DNA of 39,821 nucleotides. Origin: a virus. Made by a program: the position numbers and the translations under genes. Under the pieces are notes generated by a model. The model ran no database searches and had not been told where the DNA came from. It worked only from the letters and a program-made list of their open reading frames with translations. The DNA lies in IMG/VR virus record IMGVR_UViG_3300045988_150944; one strand, given 5' to 3'. This document shows, piece after piece, positions 1-9,189 of this stretch. Position 1 is the first letter of the stretch. Every line of letters starts with the position of its first letter.

Positions 1-55
1 TAAATTGTTATTTCGAACTTATACTGTAAGAGACGATAAATTATATTTTTTAGTC
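1..55. repeat. 55-bp terminal direct repeat, identical to 39767-39821 (circular-contig overlap)
   Basis: taaattgttatttcgaacttatactgtaagagacgataaattatattttttagtc occurs at both window ends. The tail-fibre stop codon lies inside it. Confidence 0.9.
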
Positions 56-1911
56 CATCCATTAGCATCTGCTATCAATATGTTAGTCTCCAGATTAAGG
101 GTGAAATACACTTTTTTGGTTTTGTAATCTGCAATCACGATATTGTTATTGGTGTAGTACATTACAGCCGTTTGTGCTGTCGCGGCCTCTATCTCGCCAG
201 AACGCCAGGTAATTGTAGTGGCATTGTTTGTTTGTGTGCCGATTAATAGTTTCCCTTCGGATGAGATCGCCAGGTAATAGCAGTCTCCAGCTGCATTACC
301 GTACTGATTTCCATTGTTTGTAAATACATGCCCCCATATTTTAGGAAAACCAGGGTAAGACGGATTGACCCCAAAACTCTCGCCATTTAACCGAGTAATC
401 TGGCTCTGCAAATTTGCGTCCTTATCGGCCAGATTTTTCCCCATTGCTCCCGACAAAACGGTACTCGCATCCGTGGATAATAGGTTGTTTACAATTTTTG
501 ATGTATCAATTTTGCCTGAAATCTGACTCTGGAGATTCTGGCGGATGCTGTATAGCAGAGACGCCGTTGGTATCTTATTCGCATCGTTAACATCCTGACT
601 TGTCAACATCGATTTTAACAGCGCATTACTGTCAAGATTCATTGTAGTCGCAATGGCCTTCGATACTTTTCCCAGCACCACGGCTATAGCTTCCCCGGCA
701 ATTATATTTGCAAGTGCCGTTGCCTGTGTGAATTGGGTATTAACATCCACTGCTCCGTCAGCTGCAACCTTTATTCCAGCGCCCCCCTTAACAATTCCCT
801 TTGTACTTCCTGTCGCGGTTGGAACGCTTGCCGTTCCATCTTCTCCGACTTTAAAAGTCACATTATCCGGCATTACAATTCCAGGCCGATCCGGCGTGGC
901 AATATGGATATCCACCACTTGTTCTGCCTTTTCAGCCCATCCCTGCGCCTCCTGTGCCGCCGTTTGTGATGCTGTAGCAGATGTCCCAGCATTTCTTGCA
1001 TGTACCGCCGCAGACTGGTTGCTGGCCTCGGCGTTTGTTGCCGACTGGCCTGCGGCTGCTTCTGATGCAGTGGCGGCGTCAGCACTGTTCAATGCCACTG
1101 TTTCTGATTCTTTTGCATTGGCAGCACTCAGGGCTGCAGATGTACTGCTTGCTGACGCTGACTCAGCAGACGCAGCTGCACTTGTTTTTGATGCCTGGGC
1201 GGCTGTTTCGCTGGCTTTTGCATTCGTCTCGGACGTTTTTGCCTTTCCTTCTGATAAGGCTGCAGCCGCCTCATGCTCTCCCGCTTTTTCGCAGTAATGT
1301 TTTGCGTTGTCTTCCACGTCCGCGGAGATAACTCCACCTACAGCATAACGCTTCGAATCTCTTGCATGTGTCTGCGCATTCGTAGCGGCCGTCTCTGCCA
1401 GCAATCGATTATTCAAAATATTTGCCTGAATATCGGGATCCAGTTTGTCAGTTGTAATACTGCCATTCTTTATAACTGCCGTGACTGTTCTGACTTTTCC
1501 TGCATCACTAACCTGGAAATCAATCTCTGTACTATCAACAAAATTAATTGTAACCAGCAGAGATGCTATGTTCGACGTATATTTTGTACCATCCGTATTC
1601 GTGATAGTCAAAATCCCATCAGCGGAAAGCGACATACTGACCGGTATTTTCTCAATATTGAGATCCACCCGTTTTGTCCCACCGTTTACATAGTGGAATA
1701 CAAAAACCCCTGTGCTGGTATCATAATCAATACCATTACAGAGGTTTTGTGCATCACTGACATTGTATTTTCCCGCGTCAAGCGTGACAATTCGATTATC
1801 CAGTTCATCCACCGCCTGGTCAACATGGTTCAGGTTCGTCGCCCCCAGCGGCGTTGATGTGGACGGCCGGTTCTTCCAGTTTATCCGCGTGTAATATTTA
1901 CTGTACGCCAT
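19..1911 (-). CDS. tail fibre protein (Ala/Ser/Thr-rich shaft plus C-terminal tip 1)
   Basis: 630-aa ORF. The N-terminus MAYSKYYTRINWKNRPSTSTPLGATNLNHVDQAVDELD is typical of Firmicutes prophage fibres. It has a long A/S/T/E-rich repeat shaft and is the last gene of the tail module. Confidence 0.85.
   Translation of the reverse strand: MAYSKYYTRINWKNRPSTSTPLGATNLNHVDQAVDELDNRIVTLDAGKYNVSDAQNLCNGIDYDTSTGVFVFHYVNGGTKRVDLNIEKIPVSMSLSADGILTITNTDGTKYTSNIASLLVTINFVDSTEIDFQVSDAGKVRTVTAVIKNGSITTDKLDPDIQANILNNRLLAETAATNAQTHARDSKRYAVGGVISADVEDNAKHYCEKAGEHEAAAALSEGKAKTSETNAKASETAAQASKTSAAASAESASASSTSAALSAANAKESETVALNSADAATASEAAAGQSATNAEASNQSAAVHARNAGTSATASQTAAQEAQGWAEKAEQVVDIHIATPDRPGIVMPDNVTFKVGEDGTASVPTATGSTKGIVKGGAGIKVAADGAVDVNTQFTQATALANIIAGEAIAVVLGKVSKAIATTMNLDSNALLKSMLTSQDVNDANKIPTASLLYSIRQNLQSQISGKIDTSKIVNNLLSTDASTVLSGAMGKNLADKDANLQSQITRLNGESFGVNPSYPGFPKIWGHVFTNNGNQYGNAAGDCYYLAISSEGKLLIGTQTNNATTITWRSGEIEAATAQTAVMYYTNNNIVIADYKTKKVYFTLNLETNILIADANGWTKKYNLSSLTV
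378..392 (-). repeat. left copy of the 15-bp inverted repeat GGTTAAATGGCGAGA (read on the - strand) inside the fibre gene
   Basis: Plus strand reads tctcgccatttaacc. It encodes (R)LNGE, fibre residues about 507-511, and is an exact reverse complement of 38260-38274. Confidence 0.8.
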
Positions 1912-2065
1912 CTTCCTTCTCCTTCTCTTCCTGCTCTGGTCCCTGGGTAAGTGTATTTCTTAAGACAACTAAAAGCTCTGCCTGTCTCAGGTTTACTCCG
2001 TTCATTGCAATCTCATTTAATATTTCAAGGCAGATAGATACTTCCTCTTTTTTTATTTGTTCCAT
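1898..2065 (-). CDS. small hypothetical protein (55 aa, MEQIKKEEVSICLEILNEIAMNG...)
   Basis: Hand-translated; it falls below the ORF-track cutoff. A GGAGG site lies 6 nt upstream of the ATG. Its stop overlaps the fibre start (ATGGCGTACAGTAA). Confidence 0.45.
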   Translation of the reverse strand: MEQIKKEEVSICLEILNEIAMNGVNLRQAELLVVLRNTLTQGPEQEEKEKEDGVQ

Positions 2066-2073
2066 AAGGCCTC

Positions 2074-4323
2074 CTATGCAATCAATCCATAATTTCTTAA
2101 TACCCGTAATAGCTGCTGCACTGACGACAATAGCATTGTAGTGGTTGTCGGTGTTATAACACTTTGCCTATCATAGGGTGTATGTCCGAAAAAGCTGATT
2201 CTCCCTCCTCCTTGTCCGATTATAACTTTACTTCCTTGTATGTTCGAATAGCTAAATCCATTTCCGAATGCAATCCCTCCGTTGTAACTTGTAATAACTG
2301 GTTTACTCCCAGAAGTAAGACGCTGTATATCGATTCTCCCGGTAGTGATATTATCCCCGTTTATGGTTGTGGTTCCACTCCCCCTTAATTTACTTTCGAC
2401 CTGGCTGAATGTAACATAACCTTTCACCTCTATTTTATCGGATATTAAGTTTGCCATTCTGCTAGTGAGTGTAAAATTGGATGAAGAAGAGCCAGACGAA
2501 ACTATCCAGCTGATTTTATCCGCTGTCTGTTTGACTTCGGAATATTTCGTATTAAGACCATTCACTTGTTTCACGGTACTGGTGATGGAGCTTTCCGTCT
2601 GCGTGATTCGGCTGCTTAATACATTTTCAGCCCCTTTTGCCCGGGTAACCTCGCTTGTGATACTGTTTGCTGTCTGGGTAATGCGGCTGCTGAGAGAACC
2701 TTCCGCATCCTTCGCCCTTGAAACTTCGCTGCTTATCCGGCCGGCTTCAACGGTGATGCTGGCCTGAAGCTCCTTCTTTATGTCCGATGCTTCAAGCCTG
2801 ATTTGTTCTGCTGTCTGGGTAATTTTCGTTGATAATCCAGTGTCCAGGTTCGATAATTCACGTTCAAACTTTGCCGCGGTGTCCGTGATGCGGGACGACA
2901 GGACCCCTTCCTGCTTTGTCGCTCGATTCGTTTCGGCTGTAATTGCTTGCGCGTTCACGCCCTCGGCAGCTTTTGCCCTGGCTACTTCCTGGCCGAGATT
3001 GGTATTCACCTGCCTGGCATATTCGTCGACGCGATTGATTTTGTCCCCGTTACCCGATATTTCATTTTTGTTCTTCTCTACATTGGATTTAATGTTATTA
3101 ATCTCATCCTTAATTCCATATGTCTGATTTTGATATTGGTCTCCGGAGGACTCAATCGTGTCGGCCATACCCTGGATTCCCTTCGTTGTCCGATGCATTA
3201 CGAAGGTTTCAATGGTACCTTTACTGTATTCCACATCCAGGAGATCTCCCACCTCAATGTAGGGCAGCGCCTGTAATTCAAGCGTAGCCGGCAGATAGGT
3301 TCTTCCATTGATGTTTCCATATAAATTTTCGGCTATCCCAAGCAGCTCTGCACTGCCCATTCCATAAATCAAAAAGTTATCTCTAATCTGATATTCATTT
3401 TCTCCGTCACCAAACCCTGCGGCCAGTTCCCCATCCGCATCATATAGATTAACTCGGTTTATGGACTCCACAACCCATTCTTTGTAATCCAAAGATTTAT
3501 AAGTTGCCGGTATTTCTTCCGGATCGGCCGATTCGCCTGGATACAGCCCCCTTTCGACCGGGAAAAGGTCCTCCGCCGGATAGACGCCGCCATAGCCAAG
3601 CGATACATATTTAAAGGTGCCAGTCCGGTCGAAGCTGCCAAACACCCCATTTATCTCACAGATGGATTCTATTACTTTCCTTCCGTTTATGGTCGGGTCC
3701 GTATTTGACTGCGTTACAGTCATCGTGTCATTAATCAAGGTCACAGTATCATATGGGAATCCAAAGTAGTTTAAAAAGCTATTTCGGAATTCACGCATGG
3801 ACAAAGGGAAAGAAAGATTCTTGTACCAGATGGAAACATCGGTATCAAACTCCTTCATACGGTCATAGGCAATGATTTTCTTGAATCGTTTATCCTTTTG
3901 AATCACTACATCATCCACTTTATAGATACCGAAAGCTAGCTTGTAATCCGCAATGATAAGCTCGGCCGTGAACCAATGATTCTTGATATCTTCTGCGACA
4001 TCCGCAACCGTGATTTCAAACTTTGCCGCTTCGCAGGCGCCGAAACGCAGATAGTCATCACTGCAAAGACTTTCCTCGAGTGTAAGGCTCTCGGTTACAA
4101 TCTGGTCGTCATTAATCACCAGCCAGGACTCCCCCAGGTTGGCCGGGTACAGTTCCGGGTCCGGAAACAATGTTTCAGCAGGGTACAACGAATCAATCGA
4201 ATCATCATAAAAAGAAAGCCGCAGGTGACGTTCGGTCTCTGCGGTGATATTATCTCGCTTTATTAAGTTTTTAATTTCAACCGGTATATCCAGTGCCATA
4301 GACTGTACCTCCTTAATATTCAA
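2074..4323 (-). CDS. tail-associated minor structural protein (Tal / prophage-tail-like N-domain with coiled-coil repeats)
   Basis: 749 aa, positioned after Dit. It carries repeated SSRITQT(A/E)xSITSEV heptad-like units, and the N-terminal region resembles siphovirus prophage tail proteins. Confidence 0.75.
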   Translation of the reverse strand: MNIKEVQSMALDIPVEIKNLIKRDNITAETERHLRLSFYDDSIDSLYPAETLFPDPELYPANLGESWLVINDDQIVTESLTLEESLCSDDYLRFGACEAAKFEITVADVAEDIKNHWFTAELIIADYKLAFGIYKVDDVVIQKDKRFKKIIAYDRMKEFDTDVSIWYKNLSFPLSMREFRNSFLNYFGFPYDTVTLINDTMTVTQSNTDPTINGRKVIESICEINGVFGSFDRTGTFKYVSLGYGGVYPAEDLFPVERGLYPGESADPEEIPATYKSLDYKEWVVESINRVNLYDADGELAAGFGDGENEYQIRDNFLIYGMGSAELLGIAENLYGNINGRTYLPATLELQALPYIEVGDLLDVEYSKGTIETFVMHRTTKGIQGMADTIESSGDQYQNQTYGIKDEINNIKSNVEKNKNEISGNGDKINRVDEYARQVNTNLGQEVARAKAAEGVNAQAITAETNRATKQEGVLSSRITDTAAKFERELSNLDTGLSTKITQTAEQIRLEASDIKKELQASITVEAGRISSEVSRAKDAEGSLSSRITQTANSITSEVTRAKGAENVLSSRITQTESSITSTVKQVNGLNTKYSEVKQTADKISWIVSSGSSSSNFTLTSRMANLISDKIEVKGYVTFSQVESKLRGSGTTTINGDNITTGRIDIQRLTSGSKPVITSYNGGIAFGNGFSYSNIQGSKVIIGQGGGRISFFGHTPYDRQSVITPTTTTMLLSSVQQLLRVLRNYGLIA

Positions 4324-4699
4324 TCAGCGCAATACGCAAGCTGTTATATTCAATATCATTTCCCTGTATCCGGTATATTTTAAAGGCTATATCCGGCACA
4401 TAAAACGTTCCGGTCGCGTAGGCATTCAGTTCATCATTCCAATACTTTACGCTCATCTTGTCTCTACTCAAAAAGTACGACTGGAACTCTGTTTTATCAG
4501 CCAGATGCATCCGAATTGTCTCAAATTCCACCTTGCTCCGCTTGTGGGGCAGGATATTGCGATGCAGCATCCCAGTCGCATCCACGTAGGAATCCGCGTC
4601 CTGTCGCTGGTTTGGTGTGGACTGGTAGCTGTCCAGCTTAATGTAGCGGTTCGGCAGCGTCCGTCCATTAATTTGTAATAGATATCCTTGAAACGCCAT
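4313..4699 (-). CDS. distal tail protein (Dit-like, short)
   Basis: Sits between the tape measure and Tal. AAGGAGG lies 8 nt upstream of the ATG at 4699 (MAFQGYLLQINGR...). The ORF-track start at 4708 is a GTG inside the RBS. Confidence 0.5.
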   Translation of the reverse strand: MAFQGYLLQINGRTLPNRYIKLDSYQSTPNQRQDADSYVDATGMLHRNILPHKRSKVEFETIRMHLADKTEFQSYFLSRDKMSVKYWNDELNAYATGTFYVPDIAFKIYRIQGNDIEYNSLRIALIEY

Positions 4700-4720
4700 A
4701 GGACACACCTCCTTGTCACG

Positions 4721-4750
4721 TTAAAAGCACCAGGATTGCTCCCGGTGCTT
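4721..4750 (-). terminator. candidate rho-independent terminator after the moron
   Basis: The - strand reads GCACCGGGA-GCAA-TCCTGGTGC (9-bp stem, 1 mismatch) followed by TTTTAAC. It lies directly after the stop at 4755. Confidence 0.45.
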
Positions 4751-4754
4751 CGTA

Positions 4755-5339
4755 CTATACTTTAAATTTCTTTCCACATTTCAAACAAGTTACTTCAATC
4801 TTCTTCGAACCAGCGCTGCCTATCAGCAGGCCGGGAACCAGCCCGAAAGCCAGCGTGCCGACGGTAGCCCGCCCTACGCCGAAGCCTTTCTTATTGGCTG
4901 ATAGGGACGTTGAACCGCAACGGGGACAATGGGCCTGATTGTCCTCTTTTTTCTCTATTGTCGCTTTGTTATTTCCTTTAAACTCGTTTTTGCTTTCAAT
5001 TTTAATCTTCTCATATGGAATCTTGTATCCGACTGCTCCCGAAATGCTCTTTTGAAGCAGGCAAATAGATTTTTCACACATTAAAGAATAAAGCTTTCTT
5101 AATTCATCGCAATAGTCATCGTCAAATGAAAGCGCGAATATTTGTGGTTTTTTCATATGACGATTTCCTATTACCATAGTAATACCGGCCTCGTTGGTAT
5201 CCTCCCAATAAAGCAACATATAATTCTCAATTTTTTCATATGGGCAATATCCAAAATTACGTTTATCTCGAAGTTCAAGGTTACCATATTTATAAATAAT
5301 TGAATCACCATCTGCAAACTCTATACGTAGTTCATCCAT
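4755..5339 (-). CDS. moron: hypothetical protein with a C-terminal split zinc ribbon flanking a Gly-rich hydrophobic segment
   Basis: CPRCGS...GFGVGRATVGTLAFGLVPGLLIGSAGS...CLKCGKKF. It is visibly AT-richer than its neighbours. GGAGG lies 7 nt upstream of the ATG at 5339 (MDELRIEF...). Confidence 0.7.
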   Translation of the reverse strand: MDELRIEFADGDSIIYKYGNLELRDKRNFGYCPYEKIENYMLLYWEDTNEAGITMVIGNRHMKKPQIFALSFDDDYCDELRKLYSLMCEKSICLLQKSISGAVGYKIPYEKIKIESKNEFKGNNKATIEKKEDNQAHCPRCGSTSLSANKKGFGVGRATVGTLAFGLVPGLLIGSAGSKKIEVTCLKCGKKFKV

Positions 5340-5364
5340 ATTTTTTCCTCCCATCGTTAAAATA

Positions 5365-5393
5365 AGTATATCAAATGAGAGGAAAAAAGTTAA
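5365..5393 (-). promoter_or_regulatory. candidate sigma70-type promoter for the moron
   Basis: The - strand reads TTAACT-17 nt-TATACT, between the tape-measure stop (5400) and the moron start. Confidence 0.35.
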
Positions 5394-5399
5394 TAGTAA

Positions 5400-8309
5400 T
5401 TATACAAGCACAGGATTTCTCCCGGATATTTTAGTTTTCTCCTTTATTCCCTTTATTGCCATATTGGTAATATCCCCTTTATCAATGACGGGTTTATCAG
5501 CAATTTCGCGTAATAACTCATTTTGCTGTATCATGACAGTAATAAGGTCTTTATTTCCCTTTTCTACAGCAGAGGCGATTCCTGATGTAATCTGGTCATT
5601 GTTTGCAACAGCGGTTCTTCCATTCGAAAATTGACCAACCAACTCGTTATGGTTTGCCATAAACAGACCGTCTTCCGGAAATCCTCCTGTTGCAAAGCGA
5701 GGAATTGATGGTATACGCATTAACTGCACATTTCCAGACGGGACTATCTCCTTCCCAGCAATTTCAAAGGCATCCCAACTGATGTTTAATTTCTCGTTCA
5801 TCCACCCAATAAATCGATTTAGTACGTCAATTGCATTATTCGCCGCTGATTTGAATGTATCTTTAAATACTCCGGGAATGGAAGATAATAATCCCATCCA
5901 CTTATCTACAGTAAACCACGGAGCAATACGAGAATCATACCATTCGTTTAATAAATCTGTCCATTCAGAGAAGCACTCCTTGAAGCCAACAATAATTCCC
6001 TCCAAGATATACTGCCCGTATGGCTTCATTGCTGTTGATGGGCTATGGATTCCGAAAACGGAACATATCCCGTCAACTATCCAGTCAAACAAATCAGCAA
6101 TCGGTTCTCCCAAAGCTACTATTCCGGCAGTTAGGCCAGCCGCTATTCCAGCAATTATATTCGAACCAAACTCCAAGAAATTATCAGCGTCGAAAGCTGC
6201 TCTAAAAAATTCTTTGGCCTTTTCAAGCAGGGAATTAGAAAAGTCAAAATTGAATATCTTCTCCCCTATCAGATTCCAAAATTTTGTAATCCATTCTCCG
6301 CCCTGCAATGTGTCAATAAAGACTCCAATAAGAGCGCCTATCAGCGCACCGATGGGGCCTCCGAATATGGCTCCGATACCTCCGCTGACTACAACAAGCA
6401 GTCCTTCGCCCATTGCGTTTAGAACGCTTTCCCCAAAGTTCTCTCGGATGAAGTTATCAATTTGCTCCACTATCCAACTTCCAAAAACTTCAAATGCACC
6501 GCCTAGCCATTTCCCAGAGCCAATGACCAAAGCTATATTTTTGATTTGCTCAAAAAATGCGGCCAATTTAGGAAAACAGAGCGCGAACGCTTCTCCAAGT
6601 GTACCAGCGCCACCAGCAACAAGTGATATCATTTCGATAACATTCTTCAAAAATCCTACTATTTTCAGTCCTGAAATGAATTTGATAAAAGCCTTGATCT
6701 TCTTAATCGTCCCACTAGCCAGTTTAAACCCTAAAATCGCTGCAACAATAGCACCTAGCCCGTATCCTATCTTTTCCGCCTGCTCTGGACTAATCTTATT
6801 TAATGCATCCGCAATCCCATTCAGGGCCCCCGGCACCACTGCATTAATAAAATCAGCACCAATATCCAGCAGATCGTGGAAAAAATCCAGTAGCCCAGTA
6901 CCCACGGCCTCGGCAAACGGTTCCAGTGCCTTCCAAAATTCTTTCAGCGCCGCATTTATCGTCGGCCAGTCCACTTTCAACAGGAAGCTATTCACTGCAT
7001 CTGCCAGCATCGGAATCCCGGTTCCCAGCACCCAGTTTCCCAATGGCTTCAAAAATTCGTTCCAAAAGTCTTTCAACCCCGTCCAGACAAAGTTGCCAAG
7101 CCTTGACAGACCTTCGTCCCAGAGACGCTTGAGTGCTTCCCTGGCCGGCTCCGCGGCTCTTTTCAGCTCTTCCAGCATTTCCTTGATTTTTTGGGCCGCT
7201 TCCTCAATTGCCGGGTTCACTGTCACATCACCAAACAGTTCTCCTCCCATATTGCCGAAGTCTAGGGTGCCTCCGCCGACCACGTTACTATCTGCAGCCA
7301 CCGGGTTCTGGTTCACGATATTCAATTCATCGAACGCCGCCAGGGACTTCGTCGCTTTCTTCGCTGACTCTGCCACATTTTCCATATTGTCTGCCAGCGT
7401 TCCGGATGATCCAGCCGCCCCGGCCATCGCATCCGCAGCCCCAGATATCCCGCCATCAGACTTTTTCCCGAACAACGCCTCGGTGAAGCTCTTGAAGTAA
7501 CCGGCAAACGCCTGCATTTTGGCCATCAGTTCATTGATTACCTTGACCACAGGAGTAAGGGCGTTAATTAATCCCTGCCCGATAGTAGCCCGCAGGCTGT
7601 CAAACTGGAGCTTGAGCACACGCACCTGGTTTGCCCAGGAATCAGCCGTCCGGGCAAAGTCCCCGGAGGCATCCGCCAAAGAGGACATGACAAACTGATA
7701 ACGCAGCATTACCTTTTCCTGCTCCGTCATCTTTGCCGTGGTCTTTCCAAAGCCGTTATTTAAGGCGTACTGGTCAAGAGCTGTCTGCGTCATTACAACG
7801 CCTAAATCCTTTAAGCTTTCTGTCTCACCCGTAAAGATACTCTTGAGTTTTGTGTACGCTTCATCTTGCGACAGATTGTAGAAGGAGGCCACGTCTCCCG
7901 TTAATCCGGTGATGGTCTTCGACATTTCAAGTCCGGCCTGCCCGGTGATTCCGAATGCCTTCGCCATCGCACCGTAAGTTCCCATGTATTTCTTCGCCAT
8001 CGTTTCCGACAGCCCGAACTGGGTAATGGCATCTTTCGCAAAAGCGTCCACGCTGGCCGACATTTCTCCAAAAGTGACGTCCACGACGTTCTGGACCTCC
8101 GCCAGGTCGGAACCAAGCTCGGTACAGGACTTCCCAAATGCAACAATCGCGCCGACACTCAGTACCGACGCAACTGTTTTCGACATCCGGGCCGTCTGAC
8201 GCTCCACATGAGAGGTCGTCTGCGAAGTCATCCTCTTTACTTTATCAAGCTCATCCCGGTATGGTTTTGTGTATGCCTCTATAATTACCTGGAGCTTTTC
8301 CAGCGTCAT
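5400..8309 (-). CDS. tail tape measure protein
   Basis: 969 aa. It has a TP901-type core (AMAKAFGITGQAGLEMSKTITGLTGDVASFYNLSQDEAYTKLKSIFTGETESLKDLGVVMTQTAL) and glycine-zipper hydrophobic stretches. Its position is canonical. Confidence 0.9.
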   Translation of the reverse strand: MTLEKLQVIIEAYTKPYRDELDKVKRMTSQTTSHVERQTARMSKTVASVLSVGAIVAFGKSCTELGSDLAEVQNVVDVTFGEMSASVDAFAKDAITQFGLSETMAKKYMGTYGAMAKAFGITGQAGLEMSKTITGLTGDVASFYNLSQDEAYTKLKSIFTGETESLKDLGVVMTQTALDQYALNNGFGKTTAKMTEQEKVMLRYQFVMSSLADASGDFARTADSWANQVRVLKLQFDSLRATIGQGLINALTPVVKVINELMAKMQAFAGYFKSFTEALFGKKSDGGISGAADAMAGAAGSSGTLADNMENVAESAKKATKSLAAFDELNIVNQNPVAADSNVVGGGTLDFGNMGGELFGDVTVNPAIEEAAQKIKEMLEELKRAAEPAREALKRLWDEGLSRLGNFVWTGLKDFWNEFLKPLGNWVLGTGIPMLADAVNSFLLKVDWPTINAALKEFWKALEPFAEAVGTGLLDFFHDLLDIGADFINAVVPGALNGIADALNKISPEQAEKIGYGLGAIVAAILGFKLASGTIKKIKAFIKFISGLKIVGFLKNVIEMISLVAGGAGTLGEAFALCFPKLAAFFEQIKNIALVIGSGKWLGGAFEVFGSWIVEQIDNFIRENFGESVLNAMGEGLLVVVSGGIGAIFGGPIGALIGALIGVFIDTLQGGEWITKFWNLIGEKIFNFDFSNSLLEKAKEFFRAAFDADNFLEFGSNIIAGIAAGLTAGIVALGEPIADLFDWIVDGICSVFGIHSPSTAMKPYGQYILEGIIVGFKECFSEWTDLLNEWYDSRIAPWFTVDKWMGLLSSIPGVFKDTFKSAANNAIDVLNRFIGWMNEKLNISWDAFEIAGKEIVPSGNVQLMRIPSIPRFATGGFPEDGLFMANHNELVGQFSNGRTAVANNDQITSGIASAVEKGNKDLITVMIQQNELLREIADKPVIDKGDITNMAIKGIKEKTKISGRNPVLV

Positions 8310-9189
8310 TCCTTCCGTGTCCCGTCACCTCCTTCTATTTTCCCTGCGTCTCTCCGTAGCTGATTATGCCGCTTTGCATAGGCATACCTGGCTTCCCTGG
8401 CCGATTCAACCAGTTCTGCCTTCTGTGCTGTCTCATAACTCTCTTTTTCTTGCTTAAAAAGCTCTGGATAGGAGTCCCAGGGATGCGGTATCTTGACCTC
8501 GTCCTTATCATCAAACAACTTGCTTGTGTAAATTCCAATCAATCCGGCCAGTTCGTAACAGATGGATACCCGTTCCCTGGCCTCCCGGACTTTTACCCGG
8601 TGGACACTCTCCAGATGGTCTCTTACCTCGCCCAGGGAATACGCCCAGAAGACCTCCGGTATAATCCCCGCATCCAAAGCCGCCGAATAGAGGTCGCCTA
8701 TCAAATCCGAAAACGTTACATAAGCTCCTTGACGTCCTCCATCTTCTCTGTCAGATCCTCCCGCTGATTCTCCGTAAAAAAACCGCTCACCATCAGAATC
8801 TGCATGATAACGTCAGAAAAAAGTGTAAGCTGCGTACCGCCATCCTCCACATATTTATCAAATGCAGACTGAACATCCTTATACTTTATTCCATGTTCCC
8901 AGGGCGTCATAGCCGCCTGAAGAACCGTCAGCATAATCCCCAGAGCCGGCATGCCGCCGCTGCTCTGCAGCAGCAGTGTCAGCAGATTACAGCGATACTT
9001 CTCCTCCAGTTTACAAATCTGTTCGGTTGTCAGCTTCAGACGGTATTCCCGTTCTCCCACATTCCAATAGGCAAACGGCTTTCTCTTCTTTTCCGGCATC
9101 ATTACGATTTTTTCTTCCGCCTTTTCCTTCTCGGCATTCAGTTCCTCGTCCATTCCAAATGTTCCCATTGTTTTTTTCTCCTTATACAC
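8306..9189 (-). CDS. tail assembly chaperone GT fusion (predicted -1 programmed frameshift product)
   Basis: The downstream ORF (8704 to 8306) is in the -1 frame relative to 9189 to 8716. I translated the -1 frame from the slippery site and found no stop before it joins that ORF. Confidence 0.7.
8716..9189 (-). CDS. tail assembly chaperone (G-like)
   Basis: 157-aa ORF between the major tail protein and the tape measure. It contains the slippery site near its 3' end. Confidence 0.75.
   Translation of the reverse strand: MYKEKKTMGTFGMDEELNAEKEKAEEKIVMMPEKKRKPFAYWNVGEREYRLKLTTEQICKLEEKYRCNLLTLLLQSSGGMPALGIMLTVLQAAMTPWEHGIKYKDVQSAFDKYVEDGGTQLTLFSDVIMQILMVSGFFTENQREDLTEKMEDVKELM
8776..8782 (-). 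promoter_or_regulatory. -1 ribosomal frameshift slippery heptamer T_TTT_TTT
   Basis: Zero-frame codons are GGT TTT TTT ACG (A7 on the + strand), 20 codons before the G stop. Confidence 0.7.

Noticed and set aside
1-55. The terminal repeat as a physical direct terminal repeat or cos end
   Set aside because: It is short, ends exactly at the window boundaries and has a length typical of assembler k-mers. The PBSX-type large terminase suggests headful packaging. This cannot be excluded without reads.
653-1857. Several + strand ORFs (214, 116 and 194 aa and others) inside the tail-fibre gene
   Set aside because: They are antisense to a clearly recognisable fibre gene. The Ala/Ser-rich repeat region keeps antisense frames open, and no RBS is present.
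19-1911. Diversity-generating retroelement targeting the fibre
   Set aside because: No reverse transcriptase gene is present, and I could not find a template-repeat/variable-repeat pair anywhere in the circle.
5782-7500. 572-aa + strand ORF
   Set aside because: Antisense to the tape measure gene. The product is low-complexity and S/P/A-rich with no RBS. The tape measure identification on the - strand is unambiguous.
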